From contig NW_024704742.1 of assembly GCF_018977255.1 (NCBI RefSeq), positions 23,624,001 through 23,688,000 of the forward strand: a stretch of 64,000 nucleotides of DNA, written 5' to 3'. This document shows, piece after piece, positions 51,008 to 64,000 of the stretch. This stretch comes from Callorhinchus milii (lineage: Eukaryota). The translations under genes were made by a program, and so were the position numbers. Each line of letters begins with the position of its first letter. Position 1 is the first letter of the stretch. The notes under the pieces were generated by a model. It saw nothing but the letters and a program-made list of their open reading frames with translations. It did no database searches and was not told the origin of the DNA.

Positions 51008-54000
51008 TTTTAAAAAGGCGAGAAAGAGTGCAAGATGGAGGAATTTGGGATTAGGGGTATGCACTACAAATATGTACTGTTTCAAGTAAAAGCAACAAGC
51101 ATCAACAACAAATTATACTTGTATAGCAGCCTTCACGTCAGAATGACATCCCAGGGTGCTGGACAATCAGGGCTTTTAGACCCGAGCTGGGAGTAGGGGT
51201 CAGACGGGGTGAGGGCAGACGGGTGGATTATCCTGTCTGATGCTACAGTGAACTGGGCATAGAAACAACAAAAGGTCCTTTGTCTGTATCCATTACATAC
51301 AGAAAAACAGATGGCTAGCAGCAAATTACAAGGGTGAAAAGCAGTCATTAAAAATTCAGGTGCTTATGAGGTTTTTTTAAAAGACAGAAGTGAAGACAGT
51401 TTAAATCACATTCTTAAACATATTTTCTGTAACGAACATTTAGCTCCATATTTCTCCACCAACAATTGGACTTTTGGACCAGATGATCAATTCAATTGTA
51501 CGTCGTCAGGTAGTTTATTCAACAACACAACAACAACAACAAGATTCCATTTATAAAGCGCCTTTCACGTCAGGAGGACGTCCCAAGGCGCTGGTCCCAA
51601 GTATTCGCACTTACAGTAACTAATTTGTACAGTTGTAACTATCTGCATCAGTAATTGCTACAGTAACGTTGCTGTTTCTGACTTTTGTTATCAGCATTTG
51701 TGAAAGGAATACTCTGATGTCTTGCAAGACAGCAAGTTTCAGCTGACAGGACAGAAACAATGTTACAAACTCTGGACCCTAGATCAAAGTTATATTGATG
51801 CTAGTTGACGGAAAGTTTCAAATAATCACATTTCTGGTCAGCTTAATTCTGTGGAGAAGTTCATAACATGGTCCACATACATACATAATGAGTGATAATT
51901 ACTCACAAAGTCATGACCACATTATGACCAGATTTATTATTGAAATGTGTATCATCACACTACTGGACTTACAATTTTGTTTACAAAAAAAGGAGAAAAT
52001 AGGTTTTAAACTTAACACTTTTAAAGTCTAAGGAGATCAATTAAAGCTGCTCTGCCGTCCTACTCTAAATAGAAATAATTTTATTTCTGCTTGAACTTTT
52101 AAATAAGTGTCAATGTAAGTGATAATCACATCAGAGGTAACTAAGGGTAGCCTACATAGTGTCAAAAATAAATGACATACACCTTCGTAAATACTCCCTT
52201 CTATCAAGTTCCAATCAAGCCATCGGTATCTCATTACTTAACATACTTTTCATCCTATATATTTTTGCACATTTTAGAAGTTTAAATAATTCTTGCGTAC
52301 ATGTGTTTCAGCGTCTTGGGTTGTCCTCCCAAAGTGAAAGGTGCTACATAAAGACAATTTGTTGTTGTTAAAAGCAAGGAATATGCATTTAATTGAAAAT
52401 AGTTGTGCTCAAGTACTCAAGCTAAAATAATTTCGCAGCTGAGAGTTTTGAGCTGCTACATTGGAATTACTTTAACCAGAAGCATCATCAAAACCTGCAA
52501 AACAGATTGTAGACTCCCAATGTGATGTGAGACAACGGTATTCTACATCCTGAACATTGTGAATTTCCTCAATGGTGCTCCATTATCAGACAGAGCCCAA
52601 AGACATATCTGTACTGACTGCCATTTAGTCTTTAAATATTTAAACTAAAAAAAATCACTGTCCAGGAGGTTATTTTGCACTGGTTCCAAGTAGTTATTTT
52701 AGAAATAAATTCTTCCAACATAAATCTAGATTTTCATTCAAAATGTAAATAAAGCTTTATGCATTCATTGAGTTTCCTCATCAATAATTTCATTGACAAG
52801 CATATTACATGAACATACAGTACAGTCCCAGAATGGAAAAGACCATACTGACACATCTGGCTGATTCAAGGTCACAAATTCAAGCTAAATTCAGTAAATT
52901 AAAATTGATCCAAAACATTTCATTAGTTAGCTCAAGGAAAATCTCATGATTGTCCACGATTCCGAATGTAACTAACGTTTCGCAATATTGAATCACATAT
53001 GTTACTTATCTGTGCAGTCTTTGCATCTATACACATGCACTCATGGTGGAGGATATCTTTAATTATTCTTGCCACATAAATATTGTATTTCTATTTCATG
53101 TATTCCAAATAATGCACTTCATTGCATGTATTACAATGTGAATAGAATAGAATGGACCTGCATTAATTGGCAAGGAGATATCACGTATCAGAATAATGAG
53201 CACACCCATATCAATTGGCAAGTTTTGAAAGAAATTAAGACACCTTCAGTCAGATTAGTTTTAGTCTAGAGTACAATTTAAATCCGGTTTGAATGTTATA
53301 TCAGTATGTTGAATAATATCAGCAGATTATACCAAAAGTGCAAAAAATTTGCACTGTTAAGCACTTTAATTGGGTCCACTACATTAACTGACTCAGTGAG
53401 AAGATGCACCAGGTGACATGGAATGGGACAACAAGTCAAAAACATCGCAAGTTCCAGCTAAGGTAACTGCAAGGGGGTTAGACTTGGCCTCAGCATTCCC
53501 AGGTTAGAAGGGAAAAAAACAGCCAAGTTTATTGCTCATTGCTATCCAATGACCTCTGGTGAAAGTACACATATGTAAGTAGGATCAGTCTCAGCCATAA
53601 TCTCCCCCACTTCTCCCTAATTGCTATACTAAGTGTTCCAATGATCAGGTTCGTACTGAGTGTAACTACATTTTATAATTTTCCTGCTTAAAAAACAACT
53701 TTTATGAAATACAATTTGAATCCCACTTTTTAGATTCTAAGCCTGACCTTGGACAAAAGAAGTTATAGTGTGCAATAAACAGCTAGACACAGAACAGCTT
53801 TCAGGTGACAATAAAAGGTACAATTATCAAAAATTTACCTTCGAGAGATCTTTCAGTATATAGCCTAATTTCAGTTAAGCTATAAACACAAAAAAGCCCC
53901 TGTGAAATGCTATACCAGGAAAGGGACAAATCTTATTGTGATTTTAAAACTCATTTTCAATCCAAAAGAAACATTCAAGTGCCAAAGTGAATGTCAGGAG

Positions 54001-55288
54001 TATCTTGTTTGAAAATCTCAGGAATCCCAAATACGCATTAATCAACATTTGTATTCTCACTGCGATAGCAGTACAAGGAGTAAGTCTACAAATAGAGTCG
54101 CTACTCCTTAAACCAATTACTTGTGAAGCACTTTGAGACATTTTCACTTTAGCCATTATTAGGCAAGGATTGTAAGAAGGAACAGTAGTGTCTTTCACAA
54201 CTCTAATATCAGCATCAAGGTCATTTAATGAGTCAGGTGCAGTAAATGTGAATAAAGCAACTTCACATTTGAAATTCTTTGCTTGGGAGTGAAGGGTGGG
54301 TGGAAAAAGTGAGAAGGCAAGGGCTGCTCAAGGGAACATTGGGCAAACCTCCTAGACACATTCCAGCATGATGCAGCATCTCTCAGCAATCGAGCAGTAT
54401 TTACTGGAATTTTTTTAAAAATGGTTTCTAATTATTTTCTCCTGTTCTCCCCACTGGCATATGCTTCAGCTCCAGGGCTTGCTGGGGTCCAGGTCCCACA
54501 CATTGGTTGGCCTCCGGTACCCTGCTCAAGTGGCCACGAGTGTACCCTGCTGAGTGGCCTTGGTTGTAGAAGGCATCACAGATGGACCCGACTTCTTCTC
54601 ACCCAGAAGAGGATGCTGAAGAGGGCCCAGGAACAAGAACCCTGGCTGGATTCCTCCTCCCTAAGGGAAAGTCAGGACTACTTTAGCCTCCCCGAGCAAC
54701 ACCAGCAAACTCAGGATTCAAGCCCACAAGCTCTGGTCCGGAAGCTACACAAGCCATGGGAGCTTCCTAGAAGTTCATCTTAAAAGGAGGAAGAGTTTTG
54801 ACAATTTGTATTACTGCTAAAGCCAGTAGTGTAAGTAACACCTTTAATGACCTACACAAATGGAGAAATCACATGTGAACCAGGGAAATAAAGATGTAAA
54901 AAAATGAGCTGGTACCATTTATTTTATAATATTTTAGAATTCCATAGCACAAATCACCAAAGTCGGGTAGATGAATGGTGTTTTTGGAGTTTCACCCAAC
55001 CCTTAAATTTCTCCCCACTGATCATGCTGATGAATAGCTACATAAGCAATAACCTGGGTCAATAGAAATGTGCAGAAATATTTGCCCTAAATTGAGGGGA
55101 GATTTGCAAGGATTGCAGGAAATTGCAGGGGTTGATTTTTGCTACTGAGGTACATTTTACTGCCGACCTAAACATGAGGAAATAAAACATAATAGACTGT
55201 TTTCTTTCCATTTAGCACCGGGTAATACTGGAATGACATACTATTACTAGATGCAACATTGTTATATTGTTATAACAGCAGAGCTCGC

Positions 55289-55648
55289 TGTTCTGTAGCT
55301 CAGTGGTCAGAGCACTCGCCTCGCAGCGAGATACCTGGGTTTGATTCCTGGCAGGACGAAACGTAGGGCAAGTTTCCTTACTCCACACGCCTGTGTTTAC
55401 CAAGCAGTAAGTAGGAACCCGGTTGTTAGTTGATTGGCGGATTGCTTTTCAGGAGTAATAATTCCTTCAAAAAAAATAAATTGGTCAGTCAATCCGCGAC
55501 TGTTTGTGGGACACTGCTGTGGGTAATTGGCTGCTGCATTTCGCCCACAAAATATACAGTCATTCACTTTACAGTATATTCTGTGAAGTGCTTTGAGACA
55601 TCTCAAAGTCATGATAAGGTGCTATATCAAATGTAAGGATTATTATTA
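55289..55648 (+). mobile_element. Full-length tRNA-derived SINE
   Basis: Head tgtagctcagtggtcagagcactcgcctcgcagcgagatacctgggtttgattcc, shared body and tail. Confidence 0.9.
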
Positions 55649-55766
55649 ATATAGTCAACACTTCTAATTCAATTTAAGATCAACAGTTCTATTAAAATTG
55701 TAGTTGGAACAGTTTGGTTCAGAGGAAATCACAGCATGGGGTTGGCCAAGGTGTTGAGCTAGGAGG

Positions 55767-56235
55767 ACAACAACATCAAAATTACATTTACAGCAACAAC
55801 TTGGATTTATATAGCGCCCTCCACGCTGGACGGCGTCTCAGAGCGCTTTACAGTTTAGGATCCCGGGACCGAGCAAGGGGGAGGGGTGGGAAGTTGACCA
55901 AAGGCGCGGTCTAAAAGAAAGGTCTTCAGCAGAAAGGTCTTCATTTATAGAGGATGTCCCAAGGCTCTGGACAGTCAGGGGTCAGGAGCCGAGCAAGGAG
56001 GAGGGGTGGGATAGGGGTGAGGGAGGGCAGAGAGATGGAAGGGCGACCGAAGGCACGATCGAAGAGGAGGGTCTTGAGACCGGCCTTGAAGGAGGCAAGG
56101 AAGGAAATGAGGCGAAGGGACTGTGGGGTGGATTTCCAGAGTGTGGGGGCAGAGGCTGAAAGCTCGGCCAACGATGGTAGGGCGGGTCGGTCGGGCGGGA
56201 GACATGGAGCAGACCGGAGCCCGCTGAACGGATAA
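55767..56235 (-). mobile_element. L2 3' fragment (type A tail) with a type-B L2 3' end (55791-55941) nested in its tail
   Basis: Encodes PTIVGRAFSLCP and SFKAGLKTLLFDRAF. The nested insert is flanked by CATTTA at 55785-55790 and 55942-55947. Confidence 0.85.
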
Positions 56236-57009
56236 TGCAACATTGCACCCAACTCATCAACGAGTCGTCCCAGTGGGGAGAACATGGGCTTTCTCACTAG
56301 GAGGAGTGCACCTCTGGAGTGGTAGAAGGCACTGTTGGGATAGGCAGAATATGAGATCCACAATTTGGCTCCTTTCTGCCTGCTTGCCTCTCCCCACTCA
56401 GATTCTTGGAAACTATCAGCCCTTGTGTTTTCATGCTGCCCTTGCCACCTGGCTCCACTGTTACCATAGGAGGAGCATGATCCTCACGCTTGTGTACATG
56501 CAAATTGGCTGTCATGTTTGCCCACAAAATATAGTCACTGCACTTTACAGTATATTCTGTGAGGCACTGAGAAATCCTCCAGACATGAAAGACAGTATAA
56601 TACATGTAAGGATTATTATTATTTGTCCCTTTTTTAAAAATTCTTAATGCAATTTGGACCACACTAAATAGAAAACATTAGCTCATAATTAAGCACCTGA
56701 CAGGAAGCATGATCCTTACTGTTCAACAGATGATCAAATGCTCCACCGCATCAAATCAAGGAACAAGTCATTACCGCTATCACCGCCATGCAATAGTCAT
56801 CCTCCTGCAGCTATCTCAAGATACACTTTATATGCAGAGAAAAGATACTCTGAATAATCCTAAATTACATCGGCTACCATCTTTGTCTAGAACAAGATAA
56901 TGGAGTGAAGGGGGGAAATCGTACAGGATTTAAATACTTCCTTGGGATCATTGCATATTTAAGGAATTCAGGTTACATAGTACTTTGAAGAACAGTATTT
57001 CTGCATTTT

Positions 57010-57343
57010 TGTGGTTAGCGCACTCGCCTCGCAAGCAAGAGGTCCCAGGTTCGATTCCAGGATGGGGTAAAACCTTGGGCAAGTTTCCTTATTCCACAAG
57101 CCTATTTACCTAGTTGTAAATAGGAACGTGGTTATTAGTCGATTGGCGGATCGCTTTCTGAGGGCAATAATTCCCCCGCAAAAAAATAATTTGATCATTC
57201 ACTCCAAGACTGTTTGCTGTGCACAATTGGCTGCTGCATTTCATGCACAAATACAGTCAATTCACTTTACAGTATATTTTGTGAAGTGCTTTGAGACGTC
57301 TCAACGACATAAGGTGCTATATGAAATGGAAGGATTATTATTA
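57010..57343 (+). mobile_element. tRNA-derived SINE
   Basis: Head gtggttagcgcactcgcctcgcaagcaagaggtcccaggttcgattcc, shared body and (ATT)n tail. Confidence 0.88.
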
Positions 57344-57356
57344 TGTAAAGCACATA

Positions 57357-57651
57357 TAATAATAATAATAATCCTTGCATTTGATATAGCACTTTTCACG
57401 TCGGGAGGACGTCCCAAAGCGCTTCACAGAACACACTGTAAAGTGAATTGACTGTACATTTGTGGGTGAACGTGGCAGCCAATTGTGCACAGCAACGTCC
57501 CACAAACAGTCGTAGATTGAAAATGACCAATTTATTATTGTTTTTGGAGGGATTATTATTAGGCTCTGTGTGGAGTAAGGAAACTTGCCCAAGGTTTTGC
57601 CCTGCCTGGAATTGAACTCGGGTCTCTCACTTGCAAAGCGAGTGCTCTAAC
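57357..57651 (-). mobile_element. tRNA-derived SINE, tail-to-tail with the previous copy
   Basis: Reverse-complement copy of the same family. Confidence 0.88.
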
Positions 57652-60600
57652 GAGTACTGATCATAGATGGGGGTACATGTAGAGGCTCAGGTAGGTATTG
57701 TGGAGTTGGGACCTTGCTGTATCATGGTTGCTTGGAGATGGCTGCGTTGTGTAGACATACAGAAAATGAACAGTTGTCTCTTTGTGTTTTCTTATTGCTA
57801 ATGACAGTGTATCTATTCTCATGCAGATTGTCAAACATCCCTCAAGCGCTTTTGTCTGTTTAGCAAATGAAGGTGCCTGGTGAATAGGACTTCCCCCATT
57901 ACAATCAAATCATTGTTTTTCAAATAAAGTGCAGTAGATATTATTGCTAGCTAAAAGAGGTCATAATTGGACAAGACTGTAATTGGAGGCTGTTTTTCTA
58001 AACATTTGATTGCATTATTAAGATAAGTCATTTTCAGGGACCAAAAATATACACATTTAATTGTTCATAAAATACAGATGTCAAACCTCCAACTCACTAA
58101 CTCCATACTAGCAAAAACGAAAACCGTAACTAATATTACGAGACCAAACAAGTATTTTTTATTTAAAAAAACACTCCCTAATCATCATTAGTAAAATAAT
58201 GGAATTTTGTTTTAATCAGCCAGGTGTTCGACTTGTGCAGAAACCCATCACAGTGTTTAAGATTATACAAATCAGACAGAGTTCCACAAATCTACGTGTG
58301 CACCTGCACATGGAAATTTCCCTTTGTCTGGAATGGAATCCGCACTTTCACCCTGGAGGGACACGCCCTATTTATCTAATGCCAGAGATTATTAGATAAG
58401 GTTGGCAAGAATCATAGAAATTTATATTGCTGGAAAAGGGCATTTGGCCCAATGAATCTGCATCAGCTCTCAGAGCAAGACTCATTCAATCCCATTGCCC
58501 TGCTTTGCCTAATCCCTTCAAGCCTCAAGGCTTTGGAATCACAGAATACGTATTGGGATACTGCTAGAATTTAACCAGCTAAAACTGCATAACTTACCAT
58601 CTCGTATTGTGTGGCAATCTTCCCGCTACTTGTCCAGATAGGACCACCCTACCCATTTGGGCTTTGGCTTGCAGGAAGAAATAAATGTGAGCGAAATTAA
58701 TATTAAACTTTTTTTTAGCACAATTGTAATTTTAGAACTACCTAATACAGATATATATCCGGCACATTTTCCAAATTGTATAAACTGGCAAATAGTTTAG
58801 TATTAGGTGAAGTAGCAATTAACTTGACATCATGAGAGTGACGGCTATTGAATTGGTGCACAATTGCCTCAGGTTTTAAGATCGTTATTGTTATACAGTA
58901 GCAGGGCATTGACAAATAGCTGTGATACAAGCATGAAAGAAGAGTGTAAACAACGAAATCATTACACCCAGTTATGAATTCTTTAAAAAATAGGAATTAG
59001 TGACTTGATTAGATTTTGATGCCAATATTGGATCCAAATATCGGTCAGGGATGGGGGAGGAAGTCTTCAATTCGCAGCAACATTTTACATCTTGTTAAAT
59101 ATATGAAGGTAAAAAAGAAAATGTTTGTAATGTTTATTCAGTTATAAAATGGTTTTCTATTAATACCTGCATTCCCTACCGAAACATTAATCACCAAACT
59201 TTTCCAAAAATCTTCAGCTGTAACACCACACTTTGTACTTTTTGCTGCGAAAAGCACTCAAGCATAAGATTGTAATTCACAGCTGTCTTTAGCAATATCC
59301 TTCATTACGTAGGGCTCTAAGCATTACACAATTAGTATATTTTGAAAGAAACTATTACTGAGGCTTATTCACAAAATACTGTATAACAATTAATAATCAT
59401 CAAACACAAAAATAGCCAAAGTTCAGAAGTACAAGTCTTGATAGCCAAAGGATAACCTATAATAATAATGAACTAACATTGAACACAAACGTTTCTGAAA
59501 AAACAGATTGTTAACACCAAGACAACCACCTTGATAAAAAAAAACTAGAGTCCATGATCATTGCAATATCGGATGACGGCTAGTGGAAGGTCTTAGCTGT
59601 GTTTCTGATTATTACATTTAACTTGACACCTTTGTTTTTGTTGAATGGATCCAGCAATGACATACCTGCCAACTCGAAGTCAGGTTCTTAAGGTCCAGTT
59701 ATGAGTATACGGAGAAACCTCAAGTCTACAGGGAAAAGATTGCACTAGATTTTAAAAATGCGGCTTTATTGATGCCCGTGGCTAAACCAATCGGTGCCAA
59801 ACTGTAAGCATTACGTGGGTTGGCATGAGTGTGAAAACGTATTGGATTTTTAGTGCGTATGATCGCAAGATTTTTTTTCAGATCCAGTCTGACTAATTCT
59901 GGATACTTGGGGTCTGGAAAGCCAGGCGTTTACTGAACTTCAATTGGCAATGCAACCATCTAAGAAAGTCTGAACACAATTGTAAGACAGAACAAATTTT
60001 CGGACCTGTATAAAATTAGAGTAGATGATTGTTATTTTTTGTGCTTTTTGCGGAAAAGAGATTTTAATAGCAAAGAGTGGCAAAAAGGATTTCAAAGATT
60101 TTGATGTCTATGTGATAACGAAAGCATGTCCGTGACTACAAAATTCTTAGATATGCCAAATTAACCATAGTATGTGTTGCATTTTTATGTTAGAGTTATA
60201 ATCATATGGTTTTAGGGTACATTTCAGTAACAAATTCTATGTTATTTGGTTATTATAATGTTTTTAGTAAAAAAAAATGCTCGACATGCACTATGGAAGA
60301 TCTGCTTTTTACTTCTAAGAGGTTTTTTTTGCAAGGGGACACTAATCCAGGTTAACATTTATACCACTAAAAACCTGCTTTTTTTAAACAAATCTAAAGC
60401 TTTTTAGTGAACATCTACAGTACTCTTTTTTTTCCTTCTGCAAGGTTGTCGGGCGTGCTATGGCTTAGCAAAAATACAGGCAGCCAAATGAATGGAAGCA
60501 GGAGCAGTCATTAACCTGGCCTATTTTAGCAAACGTATTTCACCAGCGTATATTTATTCAGCTCCCTCACATGGTCCAGTATACACGCTGACCTCTGTAT

Positions 60601-62303
60601 ATAACGACCCCTGGGTTTACAATCCCTCCAGTTATAGCGAACTCGACATTGAGACCCCTTTTATCCTTTTGATTCTTACCCCAATACCTTAATACAGCAA
60701 CCATTGAAGCAGCACATAAAACGATCTGCAATCAAGTCAAAATGATGGGGGCGCTCACCAGCCAGTCACAGGCATATTCAGCTGCCAACCAGCAAACCAA
60801 TCCACGCAGGGCGGCCGCTGAAGTTGGGCTGGAGGGAGAGTCGAGCACCAGAGAGTGAGAGCGCAGGGCCGCCGCTTACACACTCACCTTCACCTCACGT
60901 CATACACCTGCTCCTCTTCCCCTTCATTAAATGACTGCTCACCATGTGTAACATTCAGCTATTTCAGTATTTAAATGCTTATACAGACACAACGCTTCCC
61001 CCACACACCCCCACCCCACACTCTTTATTAACTTGACATTTGAATTACAGAAACAGTAATTGTGTTCATTTATTTACACTATCTTGTGCAGGTGGTTATT
61101 TCAGTCTCAAGAGAGGCAGACTGCTCATAGCTAAGTTATCATTTTTAGCAGAGGGAGGGAGTATTGCAAAACCAGTAAAATATTAAAACGTTTGAAGAAT
61201 TAGATTGTCAAAAATGTGTTTCTAAAGAAGAATGGCAATACAAGGCATCAATAAATCAGTCACAATGGTATTAATGTTAGGGGCAGTACTGTCCTGATCT
61301 AGTTTGCTACATATTCTAGTTTATAATAGCAGCACTCCTTAGAACATTATTCATAAAAAGCAGCTCTGCTAAGAATAACTATCTAAGAAATTGGAACACA
61401 TCCATCAATCTGTTTTTCTCATGCAACTGACTTGAATTCCACACTGGTTTCAAAGATTTATGCCAGGCTCCCCGATAACCTAGCATATAAAGGCACCACC
61501 CAACTTTAAACAAAGTTATTCAGACCAGAAGGTCACAGGTTCAAATTTTGGGACATTATAAATTAACTAATCTCAGTTGGTATTGAGGTTGGGCAGTACA
61601 ATTATCATTGGTGCTCTGGGCAAGCGAAATCAGCCAGTCTTCCTGCTTCTGATCATTGAGTGATCGCTTTCCTTTGCGAGATGCCATGCACCAAGGATCC
61701 CAGATGACAAGATGGTTTTAATTGTGATACCGTCCATTGTCAAGTAACCTGCTGACACTTCTATCTAAGATACATTCAGATTAGCCTTGCTGTAATAGTG
61801 TTTGGTATTAATAAATTCCCAACCCACAGTCATAGCAAGACATGATAGAAGGTTTGACATGAGCATGAGCACAACTGGCTAAAAGAAAAAAATGGTCAAT
61901 CCCGGTTCCTCAAAACTTCACGTTTCATTTTCTGGGTATATGGAGAAAGCAAAAAGTGATATCAGCAGTGACCAAATGAACCAATTTTAGCACAAAAGAC
62001 AGCTGGCACTTGGGAAATGAATAAGCCGGCTGCATAAATGCGCAATTAATGGAATCCACAGAAAAACTGTGTTATAAGCAAATTCAAGTTAAAAGACCTA
62101 TTTTGTTGACCATGCTTTCAGTCATCTTTCTCCTCCCCACTCTCCTCAGCTCCCATCCTAGCTCGGGTGCCCAGCCAGCAGTGTAAAGTGTTTTGAGACT
62201 TACTCCCAACATTTAAGGCAAAAAATGAATGTAAATCGTATTGTATTCACACTATTGTAAAGCATGTTATAACATGGCTTTGCTGCATAACCTCTTGGCT
62301 TTG

Positions 62304-63195
62304 GGGTTATGATGTAGTGGCAATAACAGAGACCTGGCTCAAACAAGGGTAGGAATGCTGAATATTCCTGGCTACAATGTATTCAGTAGAGATAGGGAAC
62401 GAAAAAAAGGAGGGGTGTGGCAATATTGATTAAAGCCACTGTTACGGCCCTGGAAAGGGACGATGTGCTGGAGGGTCCAAAAACAGAATCTATTGGGTTA
62501 GCATTAGGGAGTAGAAAAGGAGCCGTTACTATGTTAGGTGAATTCAAGATCCTCATCCTCACCTACAAGGCCATTCACGGCCTCGCTCCCTCCTACCTCT
62601 CTGACCTACTATCCCCCTACTTGCCTGCCCATACCCTCCGTTCCTCTGGCTCCGGTCTGCTCCACATCCCCCGCCCCAACCGCCCTACCATCGGTGGCCG
62701 GGCCTTCAGCCTCTCAGCCCCAAGCCTCTGGAACTCTATCCCCCAGTGCCTTCGCCGCCTCCTCCCTTTCCTCCTTCAAGGCCGGTCTCAAGACCTTTCT
62801 TTTTGACCGTGCCTTCAGCTCCCCTCTCGACTCTCTACCCCCTCCTTGCTCCCTCCCTTCACCCTGACCATTTCCCCCTGCTCGGGTCCTGACCCAACTT
62901 TACAGCACCTTGGGACGTCCTCCCAACGTGAAAGGCGCTCTATAAATGGAATCTTGTTGTTGTGTATACTATAGACCACCAAATAATGGGAAGGAGATAG
63001 ATGAGCAAATCTGCAAGCAGATTTGAGAAAGATGCAAAACCACTAGAGTAGTGATAATGGGGGACTTCAATTATCCTAATTATAGACTGGCAAAATAATA
63101 GTCTAAAGGGCAAAGAGGGGGAAGGATTCCTGAAATGTGTGCAGGATAACTTTCTGGATCAGTATGTTTCCAGCCCAACGAGGAAGGAATGATTA
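62304..63195 (+). mobile_element. CR1 LINE APE-endonuclease fragment split by an L2 insertion
   Basis: Reads YDVVAITETWL...IPGYNVFSRDR...GGVAILIK...LG, then VYYRPPN...VVIMGDFNYP...FLDQYVSSPTR after the insertion. Confidence 0.88.
62541..62961 (+). mobile_element. 5'-truncated L2 LINE inserted in CR1
   Basis: Encodes FKILILTYKAIHGLAPSYLSDLLSPYLPAHTLRSSGSGLL...GGRAFSLSAPSLWNSIP, with a type-A tail and (TTG)n. Confidence 0.92.
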
Positions 63196-64000
63196 CATTT
63201 TTTTAAAAAAGTGAGTAAACAAAACAACCTGGGCCACACTTACATATCTCCTAACAACTGGTTCAAAAGCACCATTGCCAAAGGCTTCGAAGCAACTTGT
63301 TTGCGGGCAAGGCATTCAAAGACCTAAAAGCTTTTTTAACTGGAGGATCCCCCAAACTGACAATAATAGAAGATGAATGCAAGCCTTGTTGAACAGCTAC
63401 AAACATGAACATATAATTGCTTAATTACCGAGACTTAAGCAAGGATTCAATGCTCTCAGCAAACTACCAACTTTACCCTTTACATGCACTCTTGAAAACC
63501 GCATTGGTGATGTGCTACATGGATAACATTGTCTATTAAACCTGCTATGTTGTCACAGAGAAATTATATTTTTTGCAAGTCATTCCAAACAACAGCAAAC
63601 GTCATTTCACAAAATAAGATGGAGGGAAAAGGCTAGGAACAATCCTAAAAACTGTTAAATACATTCTGCTCACAATCTGAACAAAGGCTGCAATTCAATC
63701 TCGGGGCTCAAGTGACATTTAACTGTTCAGTCTTTTTTCCCTTCCTCATCTTCTAATGGCCATGAATCACGCTCCCCTAGCACTGCATTGTATCATCATC
63801 CTGGATTATGAGCTCAAAGTCGCAACGTGGGGCTTGATGCAACATTTTTCGCTCAACGGCAAGAATGCTACCGAGATACGCTGATACCTTGAATTGTAGC
63901 AACTTCCTTTCAAATAGAGCAACAATTTACTCCAGTAAGGTCGTAAAACAACCACAAAGTAAATGACCAATTCATCTGTAGTATTGTTGGCTGGAACACT

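Noticed and set aside
59661..59955. Possible hAT MITE starting catacctgccaac
   Set aside because: The right TIR is too degenerate and no TSD is identifiable.
60580..60910. Tigger-like TIR start and a GC-rich patch with two cgcagggc(g/c)gccgct motifs (possible promoter)
   Set aside because: No matching second TIR was found, and the patch is too short for a CpG island. It could not be resolved from sequence alone.
34755..64000. LRBA start-codon exon or a nested MAB21L gene in the long intron
   Set aside because: Neither the IRMKFAVL..LVEVGEV motif nor a long single-exon ORF is present, so both must lie outside the window.
1..64000. CRISPR arrays, operons, prokaryotic defence systems
   Set aside because: The sequence is a spliced eukaryotic gene. 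The recurring ~60-nt hairpin motifs are dispersed LINE/SINE tails, not regularly spaced repeats.

Overview
This is vertebrate genomic DNA, not prokaryotic. It is most likely from a cartilaginous fish, inferred from the L2/CR1/DeuSINE-rich repeat content. The window lies entirely inside one minus-strand gene, LRBA (BEACH family). I reconstructed 20 consecutive coding exons between 34754 and 6970 (2550 nt, 850 aa, one continuous open frame). They cover the N-terminal ConA-like/ARM region and, from recall, correspond to about human exons 3-22. All introns are GT-AG except one GC-AG. Positions 34755-64000 are one very long intron with no recognisable start-codon exon, and the next downstream exon lies left of position 1. 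The introns are filled with decayed transposable elements: L2 and CR1 LINEs, tRNA-headed SINEs carrying an L2-type tail, Deu-type SINEs, a solo LTR, a hAT MITE, a piggyBac fossil and a probable Penelope remnant. Most ORFs in the supplied track are spurious or TE-derived. I found no convincing new multi-gene system. The best leads concern splicing and RNA structure: a candidate in-frame 39-nt microexon, an exon-junction duplicate with its acceptor knocked out, the GC donor, inverted SINE pairs, a crossed inverted-repeat element, and covarying LINE/SINE tail hairpins.
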